From a virus: 64,000 bases of DNA. How positions within the stretch are numbered: position 1 is the stretch's first letter; each line of letters opens with the position of its first letter. The notes below the pieces were generated by a model that did not search any database, was not told the origin of the DNA, and saw nothing but the letters and a program-made list of their open reading frames with translations. A program made the position numbers and the translations under genes. Positions 18,986 through 28,246 of the stretch are shown here, piece by piece. The stretch spans positions 59,333 to 123,332 of IMG/VR virus record IMGVR_UViG_3300017748_000002, one strand, 5' to 3'.

Positions 18986-20078
18986 TTTGAAATGGAGTCA
19001 ATACGACTTCACAAAAATACCTTTTAATGATATTGTAAGTGTCGGCCAACGCACGATGATGTATCGTGACTTGTTTACAGTGAGTTGGTTGCTCGGTCGA
19101 TTCTGTAATTATTCTTGTTCATATTGTTGGCCATACGCATCAAGTCGTGAAAAAGACCATAGGCCAATTGATTTGATTCTTATGACAATTGACGAGATTA
19201 AAAGACAATCTCGCAAGAATGAATATAATTCTTTTCATTTTAGTTTTAGTGGCGGTGAACCTACGTTCCATCCACAATATTTAGAAATTATGGAATACCT
19301 TGCTGATGATGTTCCTAACTGTAACTATCATTCAGTCCATATGACTTCTAATATTTCTCGTAAGATGAAGTGGTTTGAAGAATATGCTAAAATATGTTCG
19401 CGGTTTAATCGATCAAGTATCACAGCTTCATGCCATAGAGAACATGTTAATACCCAAGAAAAAGTTGCAGAGTTCGCTGACAAGCTTGAATACTGCCAAT
19501 CACAAGACATCCAAGTAACTATTAACCAAGTGATGCTACCAGACAAATTTGAGCAGTGTTGGGAAGACGCACTATATTTCCACGAAAGAGGTATCAATGT
19601 TACTCTTAAACCTCAGTCTGATCCTACTGCCAGTTTTATTGTTGATGGATATACTGAATCAATGCTTGAAAAATTACGTAACGGCATGCCTCAAAGAGGA
19701 TTTACCGACATCAAAAAACAAATTACCAGACCGAGACCGAACGTCGAATTAGATCTTCGTTATGAAACAACTGGTGTTCCACAACATATGCAAGTTGAAC
19801 TTGAAGATTCAAAAGGACAAAAATATTATATGGATCAAGCTGAACGGTTCAACACATTCGAGTTTAATAAATTTGAAGGTTGGAATTGTGAATCCGGATA
19901 TAGATCTATTATAATCAGAGAACCGGACGGATCTATAAAAAGATCTTACTCGTGTAATGATGAGCCACTTGGTTATATTCAATCTGGGTTTAAATTATTC
20001 GATAAACCAATGCCGTGTATCACAAAAACATGTGTTTCTTCTGCAGATTCTAAGATCCCAAAGAAGAAAATTGTATAA
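18978..20078 (+). CDS. Radical SAM protein with C-terminal twitch-like domain
   Basis: CNYSCSYC, GGEPT, FEGWNCESG..SC...PC...C; same architecture as 1146-2096. Confidence 0.9.
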   Translation: MNDLKWSQYDFTKIPFNDIVSVGQRTMMYRDLFTVSWLLGRFCNYSCSYCWPYASSREKDHRPIDLILMTIDEIKRQSRKNEYNSFHFSFSGGEPTFHPQYLEIMEYLADDVPNCNYHSVHMTSNISRKMKWFEEYAKICSRFNRSSITASCHREHVNTQEKVAEFADKLEYCQSQDIQVTINQVMLPDKFEQCWEDALYFHERGINVTLKPQSDPTASFIVDGYTESMLEKLRNGMPQRGFTDIKKQITRPRPNVELDLRYETTGVPQHMQVELEDSKGQKYYMDQAERFNTFEFNKFEGWNCESGYRSIIIREPDGSIKRSYSCNDEPLGYIQSGFKLFDKPMPCITKTCVSSADSKIPKKKIV

Positions 20079-20081
20079 ATA
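20074..20081 (+). promoter_or_regulatory. T4-type late promoter
   Basis: TATAAATA upstream of the first structural gene; gp55 is encoded in the window. Confidence 0.75.
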
Positions 20082-20133
20082 ACCGTATAGAGGCAGGGTC
20101 GCAAGACCGACAAGGAACTCATTGGAGTAGTTC

Positions 20134-20484
20134 ATGGCTGAGTACGAAGAATTCACAATTGACCAAGGCAGCGATGTGGCTATTGAGCTAGAGCTCGTAG
20201 ATCACACAGGCGCGAAAAAAGACTTGGTTGGCCATACCGTAACAGCTTCAATGAAGAAAAGTTATAGCGATAGTTCTGGGGAAGCAACCAACTTCACTTC
20301 TATCGTTTCAACTCCATCTACTTCCGGAGTTGTTAACCTCAGCCTCACTAGCACTCAAACCTCGGCGTTAAACAAAGGCCGGTATGTATATGATGTAGAA
20401 CTTTCTTTTGTCGATAGTAGCTCGACTACAATTACAGAAAGAATTCTTGAAGGCCGGATCCAGGTTACGCCATCTGTAACATAA
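20134..20484 (+). CDS. Small virion structural protein (beta-sandwich, BppU-like)
   Basis: IDQGSD...GRYVYDVE...RILEG.I.VTPSVT pattern of marine T4-like structural proteins. Confidence 0.6.
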   Translation: MAEYEEFTIDQGSDVAIELELVDHTGAKKDLVGHTVTASMKKSYSDSSGEATNFTSIVSTPSTSGVVNLSLTSTQTSALNKGRYVYDVELSFVDSSSTTITERILEGRIQVTPSVT

Positions 20485-20493
20485 GGATCGAAT

Positions 20494-23400
20494 ATGGCCA
20501 GCACTAGACGGACATACGTAAAACGTATATCGATTGGGCGCCCTATTGCAAGTGTCAATCAGGCAGCATCCGGTGTTGTATCTGCGCAATCGAGGGCTGC
20601 TGGTCAAATACTAATAAATGACGCAAGCACTAATCTTTTCCAAGCAGGTGATTTAATTGCTGGTCACGGTATTAACAAAGTTTTTGATTCTACCGGCCGG
20701 TCACTTTCGCTTGCTCTTGATTCTTCCGATCTTAAATCTATAATCGATTCTAACTACGTTGCTTTTGTGATGGGACAGGACGTTGATCGTGTCTTTGTTG
20801 ATTCAGCATACGTTGAACAAAATTCTCTTGATTCCGAAAGAACATTATCGTTACTTGATTCTGAGCTTAAGAATTGGACTACAAGTATAATTCCATACTA
20901 TGATAGCCAATTAGATCTTGGTAGTCCAACTAATAAGTGGCGTAAACTATATCTTTCTGGTAATACTATTGTTCTTGGTGGTTTAAACCTTGGAGATCAA
21001 GGTGGAACATTTGCTGTTACAGATTCAGCCGGTGTTGTAGCTGCATACGATCTTACAGGTAATACCACAAATGATCTAGCAGAAGGTAGTAATAATTTAT
21101 ATTATACAAGAGCTCGATTTGATTCTGCTCTTGGTGATGATGTATCAACAGCCACTATTCGTAGTTACTTCTCGTCTATTGATTCTGGCGGTGATGGTGC
21201 TTTCTCATACGATTCAACAAATGGTGTATTCACTTATCGCGGACCAAGTGCTGCAGAAGTCAGAGCGCATTTCTCGGCTCAAGGTGATCTATCATACGAT
21301 TCTTCGACTGGCGTATTTAGCTTTGATGTTGAGCAAGTTTATACTCAAGCAAACTTTGAATCTGATCTCAGTCTAGCTGTTGCTGGTGGAACTGGTATCA
21401 CTTATGATTCTTCCACTCAAACAATTAGTATTACAAACACTGGTGTAGGTGCTGGAACTTATGGTTCATCAACTCTTATTCCGGTCTTTACTGTCAATGC
21501 TCAAGGTCAATTAGATTCTGTTGGTGAAGTCTTAGTTGCTGGAGTGACTGGAGTATCTTGGGATTCAAGTGTTGAACAACTTACAATATCAACTGCAGAT
21601 GGTGGATCATTTGTTGCAACCGTCAATGGGTTCAATAACCTTCAGGCAGATTCCGCTTCAATTACAAATGTATCTGGTACCTCTGCGAATTATGCTACAA
21701 TTAATGCGACAACTGGTACTATCAGTCAGCTCTCTGTTGATTCTGCTCATATTGGTGTTATTGACAACAACACTTTAAGAACAAATTCTCTTGATGCAGA
21801 TTCAGGCGTTGTAACTAATATCTCTGGTACAAATCTGAATTATGGCGCTGGTCATGTAAGTCAACTCACTTCAGATTCAGCTAGATTGGCAATTATTACT
21901 ACTCCTAATCTTACTGCAGATTCTGGTGTTGTTACTAATATCTCAGGTACTTCATTAAATTATGGAACTGGTAACTTTACAAGTGCTACTGCGGATGGTT
22001 TAACAGTCAATGGAGTATCAAATCTAGATTCAACAAATGTTGACGGATCTCTTTATGTTACTGGAAACCTTACTGTACAAGGTACAACCACAACTGTTAA
22101 TTCGACAACTGTAACTATAAACGATAAAAATATTGTCGTAGCAGATTCCGCTGCTGATTTAACTGCGCTAAACGGTGCTGGTTTCACTATGGGTGGAGCG
22201 AATATCACAACTCCGCCTGAAATGAAGTATGTATCAACTGGCGATTTGATTAATTTCAATAGAGCAGTTGATATTGATGGTCATGTTAATGCAGACTCTG
22301 CAACGTTTGTCAACTTAAATATTACAGGATTATCCACCCAGACAATTACTAGAGCTGCTACAGTCGATTCAGGTACTTATGGTAGTGCTACACTCATTCC
22401 CGTAATGACTGTGAATGCTTCAGGTTTCATTGATAGTATTGGCGAGATTGCAGTTGCCGGTGTTTCAGGAGTTTCATGGGATTCTGGAAACGAGCAGCTC
22501 ACAATTAACACCGCTGATGGTGGATCATTTGTAACAACAATTAACGGATTCGATTCAGCACAGATTACGAATCTATCTGGTACTGCATTAAATTACGCTC
22601 AAGTTCTTTCAGATTCAGCCAAAGTTATTGATATATCTGGTACTACTTTGAATTATGGTACTGGGCAAATCAGTCAATTAACGGTTGATTCTGGTACGTT
22701 TACTACATTAGCAATTAATGGTGTAACAGTTGATTCTGATTGGGTAACGTCATTAGCTAAGAATTTTGAAGGTGATATTACAATCACCGAAACTGTTAGT
22801 GGTTCTACAGCAGCACCAACTCTTACTCTCTTTAAAGATAATAGCTCACCATCAGATTCTGATATATTAGGTGAAATTGCTTTCAAAGGTCACGACAGCG
22901 CTGGTAATGCTGAAGTATACGCCAACATTAGAGGTGTTATTGGCGATGCTACTAATGGTCAAGAAGAAGGAATTCTAGAACTTTCGGTAATTGATTCGTC
23001 TCAGCTGAAAGCTGTTGCTCGTATCACACCTAGTAGTGTTGATATTAGTAGCGCTCATGTGAATGTTACAGCTGGCGATTTATTCGTCAACGGCAACACT
23101 GATATATCTGGTGACTTATCATTAAAAGATGAATTTGTTGATTCATCATGGGTAGCAGCTCGAGCGACTGTTCTTACTGCATCTCAGTTTAGCATAACAA
23201 ACGTTGATGGTGGCCCTGATTTTGGTCCGAACGTACTTCTTGATAGAAATAGTGCTTCTCCTCAGGCAAATGATGACCTTGCAAAAATTACCTTTAGAGG
23301 TAGAAATTCTGCAGATTCAAACTTAGATTATGCTGCAATTGAATCAATGATTGCTGATCCTACCGCTAATACTGAAGACGGTTCACTAAGGTTTTTAATC

Positions 23401-23787
23401 GCTCAAAATGGTTTCAATCGTCTTAAAGCAACTATTGATAACACGGGATTTGTATTAGGTCCACAAGAAAAAATAATCTTTAGCACAGATTCGTATACAC
23501 AAAGTGTCGCACCTGGTTCTTATACAAGCAATCATGCGCTTCTTTTACCAGATTCGTCTGGTACGCTTTTGACTAGAGATTTTGTCACAACTCTGATTGA
23601 CTCAGCATACGTTGGAGCTCGTCAAGGCGCAACTGGTCTTCTTCTTAATATTAAAGATAGAGACTCAAATGTAACAGAAGTTGTAATTACACAGGCAGCA
23701 ACAGTTGTATCTGGTGCTCCTATTGGGTTTGGTAATACCATACAAGTATTGCTCGAAGATAGTTCAGCTTTTACTATCGGTCTTTAA
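20494..23787 (+). CDS. Large Ser/Thr/Gly-rich fibre-like virion protein, DS-rich
   Basis: 1097 aa, beta-repeat composition, [14 protein letters not shown] and [12 protein letters not shown] fibre motifs, internal repeats. Confidence 0.75.
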   Translation: MASTRRTYVKRISIGRPIASVNQAASGVVSAQSRAAGQILINDASTNLFQAGDLIAGHGINKVFDSTGRSLSLALDSSDLKSIIDSNYVAFVMGQDVDRVFVDSAYVEQNSLDSERTLSLLDSELKNWTTSIIPYYDSQLDLGSPTNKWRKLYLSGNTIVLGGLNLGDQGGTFAVTDSAGVVAAYDLTGNTTNDLAEGSNNLYYTRARFDSALGDDVSTATIRSYFSSIDSGGDGAFSYDSTNGVFTYRGPSAAEVRAHFSAQGDLSYDSSTGVFSFDVEQVYTQANFESDLSLAVAGGTGITYDSSTQTISITNTGVGAGTYGSSTLIPVFTVNAQGQLDSVGEVLVAGVTGVSWDSSVEQLTISTADGGSFVATVNGFNNLQADSASITNVSGTSANYATINATTGTISQLSVDSAHIGVIDNNTLRTNSLDADSGVVTNISGTNLNYGAGHVSQLTSDSARLAIITTPNLTADSGVVTNISGTSLNYGTGNFTSATADGLTVNGVSNLDSTNVDGSLYVTGNLTVQGTTTTVNSTTVTINDKNIVVADSAADLTALNGAGFTMGGANITTPPEMKYVSTGDLINFNRAVDIDGHVNADSATFVNLNITGLSTQTITRAATVDSGTYGSATLIPVMTVNASGFIDSIGEIAVAGVSGVSWDSGNEQLTINTADGGSFVTTINGFDSAQITNLSGTALNYAQVLSDSAKVIDISGTTLNYGTGQISQLTVDSGTFTTLAINGVTVDSDWVTSLAKNFEGDITITETVSGSTAAPTLTLFKDNSSPSDSDILGEIAFKGHDSAGNAEVYANIRGVIGDATNGQEEGILELSVIDSSQLKAVARITPSSVDISSAHVNVTAGDLFVNGNTDISGDLSLKDEFVDSSWVAARATVLTASQFSITNVDGGPDFGPNVLLDRNSASPQANDDLAKITFRGRNSADSNLDYAAIESMIADPTANTEDGSLRFLIAQNGFNRLKATIDNTGFVLGPQEKIIFSTDSYTQSVAPGSYTSNHALLLPDSSGTLLTRDFVTTLIDSAYVGARQGATGLLLNIKDRDSNVTEVVITQAATVVSGAPIGFGNTIQVLLEDSSAFTIGL
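21454..21633 (+). repeat. 60-aa internal repeat, copy 1
   Basis: [38 protein letters not shown]...[14 protein letters not shown]. Confidence 0.85.
22372..22551 (+). repeat. 60-aa internal repeat, copy 2
   Basis: [38 protein letters not shown]...[14 protein letters not shown]. Confidence 0.85.
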
Positions 23788-23789
23788 TG

Positions 23790-23797
23790 TATAAATA
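23790..23797 (+). promoter_or_regulatory. T4-type late promoter
   Basis: Intergenic TATAAATA. Confidence 0.75.
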
Positions 23798-23826
23798 GAA
23801 CAAAGGTAACTTAAAGGAATCAAAAA

Positions 23827-25170
23827 ATGGCAGATCGTATTCCACTCGTGATTGAAGGCTCTCAGATTAGAGAGATTTCAAATGGTGATCGAATTGATAT
23901 TAGCGGAAACGCTTTACAAGTCGGTGGTCATATTACACCAGATACAGATTCATCGTATGACATTGGTACTTCATCTCTAAAATTTAGAGATATTTACTTA
24001 TCGTCTGGCACTATTCACCTTGGTGGTGTTAAGTTACGTGCTGATGGAAATAAGTTATCGATACAAGATAGCACAGGATCAACCGCAGGTATTACAGCCG
24101 CAACACTCGGCACATTAGGAACTGATGATCTTGCTGAAGGTTCAACTAATCTCTTTACTACAGCTGCTCGGACACGAAGTCATCTTCAAGTAACAGATGC
24201 TGGTGGTGATGGTTCTTTTGCCTTTGATTCTGCCTCAGGTAAATTTACATACACCGGACCAAGCGCTGCTGAAGCAAGAGCACATCTAAATGTTGCAACT
24301 GGTACTGGATTAGGAAGTTTAGCTTACGATTCAGCCCGAGGTCAATTTACATTGACTGGAATAACACAAGCTAATGTTATGTCAACCATGCAAGCAGGCA
24401 CTGGAGTGGGTATCGATTCTGCCAGCGGTACACTTTCTATTGGTCAGGCTGTAGGAACAACTGACTCAGTAACATTTGCTGGTTTATACTCTTCAGGTAA
24501 CGTAGTTCTTGGTGGTAACCTTACAGTTAACGGAACAACTACAACAGTTAATGCAACAAATAGTTTAATTGCTGATCCTTTGATTGAATTGAATACAGGT
24601 GCAGGTTCGAATGCCAACGATCTTGGATTTGTATTTGAACGTGGTTCAACTGGAGATAACGCAGCATTAATTTGGGATGAGTCAGAAGACAAGTTTAAGA
24701 TAGGTACAACCACTGCGACCGGTGCTTCAACTGGCAATATGACAGTTACAACAGGATCCTTAATAGCCAATCTTGTTGGTAACGTAACAGGTAACGTATC
24801 TGGTTCGGCTGGTTCTGCAACTGGTAACGCTGCTACTGCAACAGCATTAGCAACCGCTAGAGCAATTGCTCTCAGTGGCGATGTTGTTGGTACTGCAGAC
24901 TTTGATGGTACTGCGGGTATCAGTATTAGCACCACAATACAAGCAAATAGTGTTGCTCTTGGAACTGATACAACTGGTAACTATGTTGGTACGATTACTG
25001 GTGGAACAGGCATTACTTCAAGTGGAGCAACTTCTGGTGAAGGTATCGCTCATACGATTTCAATAACAGCTGGATCAATTAGTTCAACTCAACTGGCCAG
25101 TGCTTCTACTTTGACAATTAAGAATACTTCTGGAACTGTACTCAAGACAGTAATTGGAGCCGGTAGCTAA
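23827..25170 (+). CDS. Fibre-like virion protein, paralogous to the upstream fibre
   Basis: Shared modules DLAEGS.NL, GGDG.F..DS..G.FTY.GPSAAE.RAH, GNLTV.GTTTTVN. Confidence 0.7.
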   Translation: MADRIPLVIEGSQIREISNGDRIDISGNALQVGGHITPDTDSSYDIGTSSLKFRDIYLSSGTIHLGGVKLRADGNKLSIQDSTGSTAGITAATLGTLGTDDLAEGSTNLFTTAARTRSHLQVTDAGGDGSFAFDSASGKFTYTGPSAAEARAHLNVATGTGLGSLAYDSARGQFTLTGITQANVMSTMQAGTGVGIDSASGTLSIGQAVGTTDSVTFAGLYSSGNVVLGGNLTVNGTTTTVNATNSLIADPLIELNTGAGSNANDLGFVFERGSTGDNAALIWDESEDKFKIGTTTATGASTGNMTVTTGSLIANLVGNVTGNVSGSAGSATGNAATATALATARAIALSGDVVGTADFDGTAGISISTTIQANSVALGTDTTGNYVGTITGGTGITSSGATSGEGIAHTISITAGSISSTQLASASTLTIKNTSGTVLKTVIGAGS

Positions 25171-25925
25171 TGGCTAATCCTAACTCTAGGACAACTCTGA
25201 TCGATTACTGTAAGCGCCGACTCGGTGACCCAGTTATCGAGATCAACGTTGATGAAGATCAAGTTGAAGATAGAGTTGACGAAGCAATACAGTATTATCA
25301 AGAGTTTCATTCTGATGCGACTTATCGTGGATATTTGCAACATCAATTAACATCTACTGATATTACGAATAAGTATGTCGAAGTTACTAATGATGTTCAC
25401 TTTGTTTCTAGAGTGTTTCCATTTATCTCAAGTACTACATCATCGAAAAGCTTATTCAATCTTCGATACCAAATGCACTTATCAGAATTAACTGATATGT
25501 CTCAGTTTGCTGGTGATATTGCTTATTACGAACAAATCCAACAATATCTTTCTCTTCTTGACCAAACACTCAATGGCCAAGCGATGGTTGATTTTTCTCG
25601 TAAACAAAACAGAATTTATATTCATGGCCATATTGAAGACTTAGATATTACGGCTGGAGATTATCTTGTAGCTGAAGTCTATTATACTGTGGCTCCAAAT
25701 ACTCACACATCGGTTTATAACGACATGTGGCTAAAAGAATATACAACTGCGCTGATTAAGCAACAATGGGGTATGAATCTAATGAAATTTGAGGGAATGC
25801 AACTTCCCGGCGGTGTTATTCTAAATGGTAGACAACTTTTTGATGATGCGACCGGCGAAATTCAGGATCTCAGAGAAAGGATTAGACTAGAACACGAAAT
25901 GCCAGCTGATTTCTTTGTGGGGTAA
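25170..25925 (+). CDS. gp13: Neck protein gp13
   Basis: LGDPVIEINVD..Q, W(L)KEYTTALIKQQWG.NL.KF.G.QLPGG. Confidence 0.92.
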   Translation: MANPNSRTTLIDYCKRRLGDPVIEINVDEDQVEDRVDEAIQYYQEFHSDATYRGYLQHQLTSTDITNKYVEVTNDVHFVSRVFPFISSTTSSKSLFNLRYQMHLSELTDMSQFAGDIAYYEQIQQYLSLLDQTLNGQAMVDFSRKQNRIYIHGHIEDLDITAGDYLVAEVYYTVAPNTHTSVYNDMWLKEYTTALIKQQWGMNLMKFEGMQLPGGVILNGRQLFDDATGEIQDLRERIRLEHEMPADFFVG

Positions 25926-25928
25926 TAA

Positions 25929-26846
25929 ATGGCTCGAAATTTATACATTAGAGACAACGTAAGGTCTGAGCAAAACCTATACGAAGATATCGTTATTGAG
26001 TCTCTCAAAATCTATGGGCAAGACGTGTTTTATCTTCCTCGAGATACTGTCTATGAAGACAGAGTCTTTGGAGATGAGATTCCTGCGCGCTATAATTCAA
26101 GCTATAAAATAGAAATGTATATCGATAACCTTGAAGGATTCGACGGAGAAGGAGATTTATTTACTCGCTTCGGAGTTGAAATCCGCGATGAGGCTACTTT
26201 TGTTGTGTCTAGGCGTAGATGGCGTAGCACTATTAGTATGTTTGATAACGAGATCAATAGTGAAAGACCAAGAGAAGGTGATCTCATTTATCTTCCACTT
26301 TCTAATTCTATGTTTCAAATCACACATGTCGAGCATGAAACACCGTTCTATCAATTAGCGAATCTTCCAGTTTATAAATGCAGAGCACAACTCTTTGAAT
26401 ATAACGATGAAGACTTTGATACAAGTGTTGATGTTATTGATGATATTGAGCGGCAAGGTGCTTATCAATATACTCTTACACTCGACTCGGCAAGTGCGTA
26501 TACTTTACCGGGTCAAACAGTATCACAGACTCTTTCAAGTGGAGTGACTATTAGCGGCGAAGTAATTCGATATTCTGATAGCGATGGAATTCTATACGTT
26601 GGCCACGTCGGTTCAGACGATGGATTATACCACAACTTCTACGTATCTGATTCTGCAGGATCTAAACTTACGATTAGTGGTAGAACTAACCTTGCGATTG
26701 GTGATTCTGATCTTACAGTCACTGCAATAGGCGAAGTCAATACTATATCAGAAAACGAACAAAATGCTGATTTTGGCGCAGCCGGAGATGATTTCCTCGA
26801 CTTTAGTGAAGCAAATCCGTTTGGTGATATATCGGGGAATGACTAA
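25929..26846 (+). CDS. gp14: Neck protein gp14
   Basis: EQNLYEDIVIES, G.DV.YLPR, RPREGDLIY, DFSE.NPFG. Confidence 0.92.
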   Translation: MARNLYIRDNVRSEQNLYEDIVIESLKIYGQDVFYLPRDTVYEDRVFGDEIPARYNSSYKIEMYIDNLEGFDGEGDLFTRFGVEIRDEATFVVSRRRWRSTISMFDNEINSERPREGDLIYLPLSNSMFQITHVEHETPFYQLANLPVYKCRAQLFEYNDEDFDTSVDVIDDIERQGAYQYTLTLDSASAYTLPGQTVSQTLSSGVTISGEVIRYSDSDGILYVGHVGSDDGLYHNFYVSDSAGSKLTISGRTNLAIGDSDLTVTAIGEVNTISENEQNADFGAAGDDFLDFSEANPFGDISGND

Positions 26847-27109
26847 TGGCAGATGATTTTTTTGATTTTGGTTTCACGGCAGTTGACGAAGATGAACTGC
26901 AATCTGTACAAGACGCACAAAAAGTTGTTGGTGATACTCAAGTTGAAGCTAAAACAACACAAGAAAAACTGGATAAATTATATAACGCGGTTGTACCTTT
27001 ATTGAACAACTTAAAGAAAAACCCAGAAAAGGAGTATATCCTCTGGCCTGATAGATTAACGAAAGTTGAAGCTTTTGAAGATCATTTGCAAAAGATATAT
27101 AAAAGCTAA
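26846..27109 (+). CDS. Hypothetical protein
   Basis: Coupled ORF between gp14 and gp15; FDFGF start, LLNNL..NPEK.YI.WP. Confidence 0.6.
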   Translation: MADDFFDFGFTAVDEDELQSVQDAQKVVGDTQVEAKTTQEKLDKLYNAVVPLLNNLKKNPEKEYILWPDRLTKVEAFEDHLQKIYKS

Positions 27110-27900
27110 TGTTTGGTGGGCACTTTTATCACGAAAAGACTAGAAAGGCAGTTGCTATCTTTGGCAAACTGTTTAATAACATCTATGTGCTTCGTAAAGA
27201 CGGCAGTGGAAATGGAACGTCTCAAGTAAAAGTTCCTCTTGCTTATGCGCCAAAATCAAAATATCTAGATAGAATTCGTGAAAATCCTGACCTTGATACA
27301 AATACAAAGGTTGCAATTAAATTACCACGAATGTCTTTTGAAATTACAGCTATCACGTATGATAATCAAAGACAAATTTCTAAGATTAATAACATCTCGA
27401 AGTTTGGTACTGACGTTAGTAATAGAAATAAGATTTTTACTGGTGTTCCGTATTTCTTATCATTTCAATTAAACATATACGCAAAAACTCAAGATGATGC
27501 TCTTCAAATGGTTGAGCAAATCTTACCAACTTTTAATCCTCAGTATACTGTAACAATGAGACCCTTTCCTGAGTTTACTGACATTAAAGAAGATGTTCCT
27601 ATTACAATCACAGGCGTAAGTTTTCAAGATGATTTTGAATCAGAGCTCGGAGCTCGTAGAACAATCCTCTATACTCTTGATTTCGAAATGAGAGTTACCT
27701 ATTATAGAAGTATTGGTACTTCGGCTGTTATTCGCGATTCAAGAGCTAAGATCTTTGGAATTCAAAATGGTCTTGCTGATTCAGACATGAGACTAGAAAC
27801 ATTGAGAGTTACTCCTGACTCAGATGGTATAAATATACTTTACGATTCAGACTTTGGATTTACAACTACGTTCTATGGAGCGGACAGCGATGCCCCATGA
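27109..27900 (+). CDS. gp15: Tail sheath stabilizer/terminator gp15
   Basis: FG.LFNNI, VPLAYAPK, LPRMSFE, QILP.F.P. Confidence 0.92.
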   Translation: MFGGHFYHEKTRKAVAIFGKLFNNIYVLRKDGSGNGTSQVKVPLAYAPKSKYLDRIRENPDLDTNTKVAIKLPRMSFEITAITYDNQRQISKINNISKFGTDVSNRNKIFTGVPYFLSFQLNIYAKTQDDALQMVEQILPTFNPQYTVTMRPFPEFTDIKEDVPITITGVSFQDDFESELGARRTILYTLDFEMRVTYYRSIGTSAVIRDSRAKIFGIQNGLADSDMRLETLRVTPDSDGINILYDSDFGFTTTFYGADSDAP

Positions 27901-28246
27901 TAAAGATAATGCTAAGAATGATTACGATTATTCTCGTGAAACATACTATGAATTAATTGAAAAGGGTAAAGACGCTCTTGAAAGTATGATTGAAGTAGCT
28001 AGAGAATCAGAACATCCTCGAGCTTACGAAGTATTAGCCACTCTAATTAAAAATGTTTCAGACGTTAACGACAAGCTAATGGACGTTAATAAGAAACAAA
28101 AAGATCTTGACCAAAAGGATGAAGTAAAGCAAGTTGAAAATCAGCAAAACAATTTCTATTTAGGATCTACTGCCGATGTTCAACGAATGCTTCAAGGTGA
28201 TATAATTGATGTTGAACCCACTAAAGACGTACTTAGGGAATCCTAA
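27890..28246 (+). CDS. gp16: Terminase small subunit gp16
   Basis: DYDYSR, A.ESEHPRAYEV, GST..Q. Confidence 0.9.
   Translation: MPHDKDNAKNDYDYSRETYYELIEKGKDALESMIEVARESEHPRAYEVLATLIKNVSDVNDKLMDVNKKQKDLDQKDEVKQVENQQNNFYLGSTADVQRMLQGDIIDVEPTKDVLRES

Noticed and set aside
1-20078. RiPP cluster (rSAM/SPASM enzymes plus a precursor peptide)
   Set aside because: The genes overlap with no room for a precursor, and no RRE, peptidase or transporter is visible; a precursor left of the window cannot be excluded
20494-23787. High density of GATTC/GACTC (GANTC, the CcrM/HinfI site) as a DNA-level signal
   Set aside because: The sites read mostly as in-frame GAY-TCN codons, and DS is also encoded by GAY-AGY (20902, 22894, 23758), so the bias is better explained at the protein level
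24444-24935. 163-aa minus-strand ORF and other minus-strand or alternate-frame ORFs in the track
   Set aside because: They are shadows of well-supported plus-strand genes and have no recognisable motifs
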